Assembly (NCBI GenBank): GCA_965223295.1
Contig: CBDCWC010000002.1
Location: 305,101-369,100, forward strand
DNA length: 64,000 bases
DNA from: Nitrospirales bacterium
GTDB taxonomy: Bacteria; Nitrospirota; Nitrospiria; Nitrospirales; UBA8639
Direction of reading: 5' to 3'
Part shown: positions 56,692 to 64,000 of the stretch, piece by piece
Numbering within the stretch: the first letter of the stretch is position 1
How the letters are laid out: each line of letters starts with the position of its first letter
The notes under the pieces: generated by a model
Seen by the model: only the letters and a program-made list of their open reading frames with translations
What the model was told of the DNA's origin: nothing
Database searches by the model: none
Position numbers and translations under genes: made by a program

Positions 56692-59600
56692 GCCCTCAAT
56701 TCTTTATTGACCGTCCGATCTTTGCGTCAGTGGTCTCGATCATGATTATGGTTGTCGGTCTGGTGGCCATTCAAACGCTGCCTGTGGCGCAGTTTCCAGA
56801 AATTACTCCTCCCATGGTCCAGATTGATGCCGATTATCCCGGTGCGAGTGCTGAGGTTGTTGCCGAATCGGTCGCACGGCCCATAGAACTGCAGCTTCCT
56901 GGTATCGACAATTTACTCTATTACGACTCCACGAGCACGAACGATGGTCATATGACAATGCGGCTGACGTTCGAGATTGGGACAGATGTGGATATTGCTC
57001 AGGTCCAAACGCAAAATCGGCAGAAACTGGCCGAGCCTCAATTGCCTCCAGAAGTTGTGCGTCAAGGGATTTCGGTAAAAAAAACCTCTCCTAATCTGCT
57101 TGCGGTGATTGTGCTGGATTCCGATAACCCAAATCATGACGCGTTTTTTCTATCTAACTATGCCATTCTTCGTGTGCTCGACAATATTAAGCGATTGCCC
57201 GGCGTTGGCGATGCGTCGGTCTACGGTCAACAAAGTTACAGTATGCGCATTATTCTCGATCCTGTTCGAATGGCTCAGCTTCAGATCACTCCAACTGATA
57301 TTGCGACAGTGGTCCAAGAGCAAAACCGTAATTTTCCTGCTGGGACTCTCGGCCGGGAGCCTGCCTTGCCTGCGACTGAATTAACCATTCCAGTGATTAC
57401 GCAAGGTCGGTTGACGGAAGTCAAAGATTTTGAAGAGCTCATCGTCCGTGCCCTGCCTGATGGATCAATCGTCCGGCTGAGTGACGTGGCCCGGATTGAA
57501 CTTGGTGCTCAATCTTATAATCTCGAAGGCCAGTTTAATGGAGAGTCCACTGCATTACTGATTACGTTCTTATCTCCGGGGGCCAATGCGCTTGAAACGA
57601 TTGGACGTATTCGAACTGAATTAAAAGCCCTGACGCCAGCCTTTCCGCAGGGGATGACCTATGACATTCCCTATGACACGACTCGCTTTATCGAAGTGTC
57701 GATTAAGGAAGTTCTCCAGACCTTACTCGAGGCCATGGTCCTGGTCCTACTCGTGGTCTTTGTGTTTTTACAAAGCTGGCGTGCGACATTGATTCCAGCA
57801 CTTGCCGTGCCGGTTTCTTTAATTGGGACGTTTGCGGGAATGGAGGCTTTAGGGTTCTCGATTAATACATTAACCCTCTTTGGCATGGTCTTGGCAATCG
57901 GTATTGTCGTTGATGATGCGATTGTCGTAGTGGAAAATGTGGAACGGCACATGACCCAAGGGGGACTCTCGCCGAAAGCGGCGGCAAAGCAAGCGATGTT
58001 TGAGGTCACCGGACCTGTCATTGCCATTGTCTTGGTTTTGAGTTCTGTGTTTATTCCTGTCGCATTTTTAGGCGGGATTACGGGTGAACTCTACAAGCAA
58101 TTTGCGATCACGATCGCGTTGTCTGTTGCACTTTCTGGACTGGTGGCACTGACGTTAAGTCCAGCTCTCTGTGCACTGGTTTTGAAACCCCAACATGAAG
58201 CCCCCCAAGGCTATTGGCGACTCTTTAATAACAGCTTTGATTGGGTGCAACAACGATATTGTGCGATTGTTGCCGTGATGCTCAGGCACACCGCTCTGTC
58301 TACTCTGGTGTTTGCTGTTTTGCTATTGGGAACCTGGGGTCTATTGAAGGTTGTGCCTGGAAGTTTTTTGCCTGAAGAAGATCAAGGCTATTTTATCGTC
58401 GCGGCGCAGTTGCCTGACGGAGCTTCTAAACAACGAACAGATTCGGTGCTTCAAGAACTTGCAGATTTTTTTGGAGATGACTCTGCGGTGTACGGGACTC
58501 AAGCGCTCTCTGGACAAAATTTTATCTTTAATACCCGAGGAAGCAATAGCGCGACGATGTTTGTCCCTCTCAAGCCATGGGACGAGCGAACAGATCCAGC
58601 TTCGCATGTGAAAGCGCTGATCGGACGGGCCTACCAAAAGTTTGCGGAAATTACCGAAGGCCTTGTGTTGGCCTTCAATGCCCCGTCTATCCGCGGGTTA
58701 GGTGCGACAGGCGGCTTCTCTTTACAGGTGCAGGATCCGAGCAGTCGCGAGTTTTCTGAGTTTGCTGACGCGGTTCAAGCTTTTCTGGAAAAGGCCAAAG
58801 AAGATTCAGCTATCGGCAATGCCACGTCGAGTTTCCGCGTGACGGCTCCTCGTATGTATGCACGGGTGAATCGTGAACGCGCCAAGGCGTTAGGTATTCC
58901 TATTTCCGAAGTCTTTGATACGATGCAGGCCTACTTCGGGAATTTATACATCAATGATTTTGTGAAATTTGGCCGTGTGTACCGTGTCCAAACAGAAGCC
59001 GAGCCTGAGTATCGGTCCAGTCCTGAAGATATCAGCAAAATTTATGTGCGTGCGCAAAATGGACTCAGCGCCTCGATGGTTCCACTCAATACGGTTGTGA
59101 CCATGGAATTAGCCAGTGGGCCAGACCCCGTGACACATTTCAATGGTTTTAATACGGCTTTGGTGATGGGTTCGGCAGCGCCTGGATTCAGTTCAGGGCA
59201 GGCGTTGGATGCGTTGGAGCGAGTGGCGCAAGAGGTGTTGGTGCCCGAAGGGTATAGCATCGATTGGAGCGGGATTTCTTTTCAAGAACGAAAGGTTGGC
59301 GGGCAAACCACCATGATCTTACTCCTTGGACTCTTAATGGTCTTTCTGGTTCTTGCGGCTCAATACGAAAGTTGGTCCATTCCTTTTGCTGTTCTCTTTG
59401 CTGTGCCGTTTGGCATTTTGGGAGCCGTGACCGCTGTTTGGCTGAGAGGGTTGGACAATGATATTTACTTCCAGATTGGATTACTCACATTAATTGGATT
59501 GTCGGCCAAGAATGCCATCCTGATTATTGAGTTTGCCAATGAGCTCTATCATGAAGGCCGTTCTGCCGTGGAGGCAGCGCTGGAAGCCGCCCGACTCCGT

Positions 59601-59861
59601 TTCCGTCCTATTATTATGACATCAATGGCCTTTATCCTGGGCGTGATTCCTCTCGTGGTCGCCTCTGGAGCCGGTGCGGCGAGCCGCCATTCCATCGGTA
59701 CTGGAGTATTTGGAGGGATGTTAGCTGCCACATTTCTTGCGGTCTTTTTCGTTCCGTTCTTTTCTGTCGTGATCATGAAATTTCGGAAGGATACGCGAGA
59801 GGTTGATGAAGCACCTTATTTGACGGTCAAAGAAGCCCTTCAGCAACAAGAAGAATTGTAA
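56688..59861 (+). CDS. RND efflux permease (HAE1, AcrB/MexB family)
   Basis: FFIDRPIFA, IGIVVDDAIVVVEN, GLSAKNAILIIEF, RFRPIIMTS. Confidence 0.96.
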   Translation: MSPQFFIDRPIFASVVSIMIMVVGLVAIQTLPVAQFPEITPPMVQIDADYPGASAEVVAESVARPIELQLPGIDNLLYYDSTSTNDGHMTMRLTFEIGTDVDIAQVQTQNRQKLAEPQLPPEVVRQGISVKKTSPNLLAVIVLDSDNPNHDAFFLSNYAILRVLDNIKRLPGVGDASVYGQQSYSMRIILDPVRMAQLQITPTDIATVVQEQNRNFPAGTLGREPALPATELTIPVITQGRLTEVKDFEELIVRALPDGSIVRLSDVARIELGAQSYNLEGQFNGESTALLITFLSPGANALETIGRIRTELKALTPAFPQGMTYDIPYDTTRFIEVSIKEVLQTLLEAMVLVLLVVFVFLQSWRATLIPALAVPVSLIGTFAGMEALGFSINTLTLFGMVLAIGIVVDDAIVVVENVERHMTQGGLSPKAAAKQAMFEVTGPVIAIVLVLSSVFIPVAFLGGITGELYKQFAITIALSVALSGLVALTLSPALCALVLKPQHEAPQGYWRLFNNSFDWVQQRYCAIVAVMLRHTALSTLVFAVLLLGTWGLLKVVPGSFLPEEDQGYFIVAAQLPDGASKQRTDSVLQELADFFGDDSAVYGTQALSGQNFIFNTRGSNSATMFVPLKPWDERTDPASHVKALIGRAYQKFAEITEGLVLAFNAPSIRGLGATGGFSLQVQDPSSREFSEFADAVQAFLEKAKEDSAIGNATSSFRVTAPRMYARVNRERAKALGIPISEVFDTMQAYFGNLYINDFVKFGRVYRVQTEAEPEYRSSPEDISKIYVRAQNGLSASMVPLNTVVTMELASGPDPVTHFNGFNTALVMGSAAPGFSSGQALDALERVAQEVLVPEGYSIDWSGISFQERKVGGQTTMILLLGLLMVFLVLAAQYESWSIPFAVLFAVPFGILGAVTAVWLRGLDNDIYFQIGLLTLIGLSAKNAILIIEFANELYHEGRSAVEAALEAARLRFRPIIMTSMAFILGVIPLVVASGAGAASRHSIGTGVFGGMLAATFLAVFFVPFFSVVIMKFRKDTREVDEAPYLTVKEALQQQEEL

Positions 59862-59862
59862 G

Positions 59863-61281
59863 ATGCCATTAATTTTCGTTTTTATGCTTATGGCTCTCAG
59901 TGGCTGTGCCGTTGGCCCTGATTATTCTCGGCCTGAGTTGTCAGTGCCTCAAGATTTCCAGCGAGCTGAAACGGCTAGCTCTGTCGAGTCACTAGCGAAT
60001 GTTCCCTGGTGGGAACTCCTAAAAGATTCGACTTTGCAAAAACTTGTTCATACGGCACTTGAAAAAAACAGGGATCTCCAGCAGGCGGTCGCAAGCATCG
60101 AAGAATTCGAAGCTCGTTTGTATGTGGCACGAACCGGTTTTGTGCCACAAGCCACAGGGAGCGCCAGATTTCCCGCTCTGGGGCGAACCAGTAACGGTGT
60201 CCGGTTTCCGGGTGCCCCTGGAACATTTAATTATTCCCTTCAGGGCGATTTATCCTGGGAACTGGATGTGTGGGGGCGCATTCGCCGATCAACAGGAGCG
60301 GCATTAGCTGATCTGTTAGCTCGTGAAGAGAATCAACGAGCGGTTGTGCTTAACTTGGTGAGTGGTGTGGCCCAATCTTATTTTGATTTATTGCAATTCG
60401 ATATGCAGCTCGATATTGCTAAAGAAACCCTTGAATCCTGGGAGGAATCGGTAAAGATTGCACAGGCGAGGCTGAAAAGCGGCGTCACCTCACGGCTTGA
60501 TGCCGATCAATTCGAAGGTGAGCGAGCGAATGCGGCGGCGCGAGTGGCACAGCTTGAACGTTCGACGATTCAGAAAGAAAATGAGCTGAGTGTTCTTCTT
60601 GGCCAGCACCCCACTCCCATTGCCAGAGGGACGCGTCTGACCGATCAAGTGGTCCCACCTGAAGTGCCCGCGGGGTTACCCTCAGAATTATTGCGTCGTC
60701 GTCCAGATATTGTGCGAACGGAACATGAGTTGGTGGCGGCCACGGAACGAATCGGAGTGGCGAAGGCTGACCGCTTTCCAAAGATTAGCCTCACAGGTAT
60801 TCTGGGCGTGGCGAGCCCCCGGCTTTCCAAACTAATTGGATCAGACACCAAATTTGGTGCGGCTGGGTTCGACATTTTGGGTCCGGTGTTGAATGCCCAA
60901 ACACTGGGTTTTCAGCAAGATGTGGCGGAAGCCCAAGCCAAGCAAGCTCTCGCGCAATACGAGCAAACAGTTCTTGTGGCATTCAAGGAAGTAGAGGATG
61001 CGTTAATTGCGGTGCAGACTGCCCGGCGGCAGCGTCAGGCTCAAGTTGAGCAGGTGGAGGCTCTGCGTTCAGCTCTGCGGCTTTCGAATCTTCGCTATAA
61101 GGGTGGAGTCACGAGTTACATTGATGTCCTCATTGCTAAGCGCAGTTTGTTTGAAGCCGAATTGTCTCTGGCCGAAACTCACCGTCTTCACCTGGTCTCG
61201 ATAGTCCAGTTGTACAAGGCCTTAGGTGGAGGCTGGCAAGTCGAAAACTCACCAAATATGACGGCAAAGAGTACACGCTAG
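59863..61281 (+). CDS. Outer-membrane efflux lipoprotein (OprM/NodT family)
   Basis: Lipobox LSGC, VGPDYSRP, SWELDVWGRIRR, LLRRRPDI, LYKALGGGW. Confidence 0.95.
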   Translation: MPLIFVFMLMALSGCAVGPDYSRPELSVPQDFQRAETASSVESLANVPWWELLKDSTLQKLVHTALEKNRDLQQAVASIEEFEARLYVARTGFVPQATGSARFPALGRTSNGVRFPGAPGTFNYSLQGDLSWELDVWGRIRRSTGAALADLLAREENQRAVVLNLVSGVAQSYFDLLQFDMQLDIAKETLESWEESVKIAQARLKSGVTSRLDADQFEGERANAAARVAQLERSTIQKENELSVLLGQHPTPIARGTRLTDQVVPPEVPAGLPSELLRRRPDIVRTEHELVAATERIGVAKADRFPKISLTGILGVASPRLSKLIGSDTKFGAAGFDILGPVLNAQTLGFQQDVAEAQAKQALAQYEQTVLVAFKEVEDALIAVQTARRQRQAQVEQVEALRSALRLSNLRYKGGVTSYIDVLIAKRSLFEAELSLAETHRLHLVSIVQLYKALGGGWQVENSPNMTAKSTR

Positions 61282-61410
61282 AGGTTGTCTAAAAAATCGT
61301 TCACTGTCCTGGTCTTCTCGATGTTTCAGGAGCACGGCGAGAAGCTGTATGATTCTTATGGCTGCCTTTATTGAAAGGCCTATTGGCTAGTCCTCCTACT
61401 TGTATTAATT

Positions 61411-62226
61411 TCAGAGACCGAACTTCGACTTGATGCCTTTCAAAAAGGTGGTGTCATCGGCTACCTTGCGTTGGGCTATCATCTGAGCAGCATCGTCACC
61501 GGCTGTGTAGCGAAGCTGGTTGCTTCCGTCAGTTGCTGCTTTGTAAATCACTTCAGATACGACAACAGGTTCCGACCCCGCCTCACCAAGTGGTCCCATT
61601 GCCTCGGTTGCCTTGCCAACTAACGCTTGATACTCCTGTATGGTCTCATCATTCGAAAAATCGAATGACCGGCCACCAAAATCGGTTTTAACCATGCCTG
61701 GCTCGACAATCTTGACCTTCACTCCAATCGCTTCCATCTCAAAACTGAGTGCTTCTGACAATCCCTCCACTGCGAACTTTGACCCGTGATAAAGCGTGCC
61801 AAGAGGAAACCCTACTTTGCCTCCAACTGACGCAATGTTGATGATGATTCCCGAGTGGTTTCTTCGAAAGTGAGGTATGATGGCCTTCGTGGTTTCCAAA
61901 AGCCCGATTACGTTTACGTCGAATTGCCGTCGAATCTTCTCAACGGGTACTGCTTCTAGCACGCCATAGGCTCCGTACCCAGCGTTGTTGAGCAGCACGT
62001 CAATTTTTCTGAAACGCTCGATTCCTGCCGCAACGGCTTGGTTAATCGAGGCACTGTCTAGAACGTCCAGTCTTTCAACCAGAACGTTGTCGTACTTTTT
62101 GAGGTCTTGCTCAGCTTCGGGCTTCCGCATGGTCGCAATGACGTTCCACCCCTTTTTCTGAAAGTATTGTGCTGTCATGCGACCGATGCCGCTGCTTGCT
62201 CCGGTAATCAGAATAGTCTTGGCCAC
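61411..62226 (-). CDS. Short-chain dehydrogenase/reductase
   Basis: TGASSGIG, NNAGYG, YHGSK (YxxxK), VEPG; AGGAG RBS before GTG. Confidence 0.95.
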   Translation of the reverse strand: MAKTILITGASSGIGRMTAQYFQKKGWNVIATMRKPEAEQDLKKYDNVLVERLDVLDSASINQAVAAGIERFRKIDVLLNNAGYGAYGVLEAVPVEKIRRQFDVNVIGLLETTKAIIPHFRRNHSGIIINIASVGGKVGFPLGTLYHGSKFAVEGLSEALSFEMEAIGVKVKIVEPGMVKTDFGGRSFDFSNDETIQEYQALVGKATEAMGPLGEAGSEPVVVSEVIYKAATDGSNQLRYTAGDDAAQMIAQRKVADDTTFLKGIKSKFGL

Positions 62227-62278
62227 GGTCTCTATCTCCTCACGTACAGGATTGATGTGTTTCTATTTAGTGCTGTTG

Positions 62279-63886
62279 TTAAAAGTCCTTGCGTTTCAAT
62301 TTGCCAACCAGTAAAACCCAAAGCATGGCCCCGATACGACTCCACGATGGCCGGATTGCATATTTAGTGGCCTGTTTGCAAAGGTCATAAAAGTTTCGCT
62401 TGTTGGTCAGCAGCATGTGGCCTGGCGACATGAAAGAGCAGGTAACAATTGACTTGTCCACGTTTTCGAAACTCATCAGATTTCCGAAGTTCCCGTGACC
62501 TGAAACAAACTCCTTACCTTCTTCGTTGCCGCCCCAGGTCAGATACGGATTCATGAAAACAAAGGGCGGCATGGTGTTCACCGCAATCCCGCCATATTCA
62601 AGGTTGGTAACTGCCTGGTCGACAATTCCCTGATGCTTTGTCTGGGTGTCATCATCGACCAGAATGCAGGCCCCAAGAGTTCCGAGCAGCTTGGAATTAC
62701 AGAAACCTACCGCTTGGGAAAGGAACGCTGAAGCATCTGCTGGGGTGTCTAAGGCAACCTCACCAAAGACCTGGCAGAACGCTTCATGGGTAACGCCAAA
62801 ACCGTTTTCGGGAATGTCCTCAATGAGCTGCACCTCAGAGTTGGCTATGGCGCCGTCTTCAGGACGAATGACCTTGCCGCTGGGATGTTGCATGCGAAAC
62901 TCGGCAAATATTTTCTCAGTTCCAGGATAGTAGGTAGTTGATCCAGGCGTTCCCTCACGTATAGCTTTCTCCATTGCATCTAGAAAGTTACGACGTTGTG
63001 GCCAATTGCGACACGTCACGAGCGTTTGGACCCGGCCGCAAACGGCTCCGCCGTTTAGTTTTCCCATCGTGACAATCTGCATCGCGTGATGCTCTATTTC
63101 TTTCTCGGTCCACGGTCGGTCTCCAGGAATAATGATGCAGGGATTGTTTCCCCCGCATTCTGAAATCAATTCCGCTGGTGAACTGGCCATGATAGCCTTC
63201 GCGGTGGAACTGCCGCCAGTGAAGTAAATCTGCTTGAGTCGGTTATCGCCAGTGAGATCTTGCCCTCCATCGTGATTGCAAAAACTGACCGCACGGTAAT
63301 CTACAAGTGGCTTGAGTATCTCTTCCCAAACGGCATCGCTTTCGGCGTTTAGATGATGCGGTTTGTGCACCACAGCACAGTTCTCAATAAATAAGGCTCG
63401 AATCATCTCGAATGATGACCCATAGTTGCCCGCACCAAGTACAGCGATAATGCCGCCTTCTTTATCCAACGGGTTTACTTGCTTGGGCTCACCTTTGACT
63501 CGCAAGATTCCCTTCTGGTCGGAATTGAGAAGCTTGTCCTTTGCCTGAATCGGAAAAACGACCAAGTCATACAGTCCATCCGCAACTTTGTGTGTTTCCT
63601 TCGGTTGCGGCATCTCCCCTTTCATCAATAGTTGATAGACGTCGATGCAAGCGCTAACATTGCTTGCCAGCGGGACGACGGTGGCCTGCATTGAGGTTCC
63701 CACCTGATGAATGTTGGATGATTCGTTCGGCGTGAGTTTCTTCATCCGGCAATCGGCCTCGACCAATTTGGGCCATTGGCGTTCAATGCTCTGCTGAACC
63801 TCTTTCAGCAGTCGCAGCTTCTCTTTGGCTGAAGTCTTCCTCCACTTCTCTGGTTCTACCCAATCGAGGGCTTCGTTTGCTTTCAT
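62279..63886 (-). CDS. Aldehyde dehydrogenase superfamily protein (divergent)
   Basis: GAGNY, VHKP, YFTGGS, SECGGNNP, NGGAVC (catalytic Cys), EAFCQV; GGGAG RBS before ATG 63886. Confidence 0.8.
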   Translation of the reverse strand: MKANEALDWVEPEKWRKTSAKEKLRLLKEVQQSIERQWPKLVEADCRMKKLTPNESSNIHQVGTSMQATVVPLASNVSACIDVYQLLMKGEMPQPKETHKVADGLYDLVVFPIQAKDKLLNSDQKGILRVKGEPKQVNPLDKEGGIIAVLGAGNYGSSFEMIRALFIENCAVVHKPHHLNAESDAVWEEILKPLVDYRAVSFCNHDGGQDLTGDNRLKQIYFTGGSSTAKAIMASSPAELISECGGNNPCIIIPGDRPWTEKEIEHHAMQIVTMGKLNGGAVCGRVQTLVTCRNWPQRRNFLDAMEKAIREGTPGSTTYYPGTEKIFAEFRMQHPSGKVIRPEDGAIANSEVQLIEDIPENGFGVTHEAFCQVFGEVALDTPADASAFLSQAVGFCNSKLLGTLGACILVDDDTQTKHQGIVDQAVTNLEYGGIAVNTMPPFVFMNPYLTWGGNEEGKEFVSGHGNFGNLMSFENVDKSIVTCSFMSPGHMLLTNKRNFYDLCKQATKYAIRPSWSRIGAMLWVLLVGKLKRKDF

Positions 63887-63947
63887 GTTAGAACTCCCGA
63901 GGTTCACATGTTTCGCTGGACGGTCGATGCTGCTTGCGATTACACTG

Positions 63948-63996
63948 ATAGCCGACCGACGGTCTGGAGTATAGCCGACCGACGGTCGAATATCAA
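63948..63996 (-). promoter_or_regulatory. sigma70 promoter with two tandem palindromic operators
   Basis: Minus strand TTGATA-N17-TATACT (63996-63968); ATAGCCGACCGACGGTC at 63948-63964 and 63971-63987, each containing GACCG-A-CGGTC. Confidence 0.8.
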
Positions 63997-64000
63997 TGCC

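Noticed and set aside
61282-61381. Possible degenerate MITE after the outer-membrane efflux gene
   Set aside because: Only the left end (AGGTTGTCTAAAAAA) and a short internal word resemble the families; no convincing second TIR or TSD.
1-64000. CRISPR array, tRNA, rRNA, integrase or transposase
   Set aside because: No regularly spaced repeat-spacer run, no cloverleaf-forming T-loop motif outside CDS, and no such protein motifs in the ORF track.

Overview
A 64-kb bacterial chromosomal window. The gene repertoire and repeat families suggest a Nitrospirota/Nitrospirales-like organism (inference, no database search run). From left to right: (1) a 5'-truncated giant multicopper oxidase followed by Sel1, carboxypeptidase-like-domain and c-type heme genes; (2) a minus-strand lexA-imuA-imuB-dnaE2 mutagenesis cassette in which imuA is bracketed by two MITEs, one with a 4-bp target-site duplication of the start codon, and whose apparently leaderless promoter carries a candidate new LexA box; (3) an accessory run of secreted, Cys-containing unknown proteins around an HEXXH metallopeptidase-like gene; (4) a sigma54-driven REC-PAS gene, a peptide/nickel ABC transporter and an AAA+ ATPase; (5) a complete phoBR-pstSCAB-phoU locus with Pho boxes; (6) assorted enzymes and signalling genes (ppnN, ABC-type ATPase, HD-GYP, S16 protease domain, 5'-nucleotidase, cytochrome c); (7) an FhlA-like sigma54 activator next to two operons that carry near-identical ~50-bp enhancers at almost the same distance from -24/-12 promoters (ankyrin, GlcG/HbpS; DoxX, VOC, RND pump); (8) a minus-strand aldehyde dehydrogenase-SDR pair under a sigma70 promoter with tandem palindromic operators. 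No rRNA, tRNA, CRISPR array, integrase or transposase was seen.
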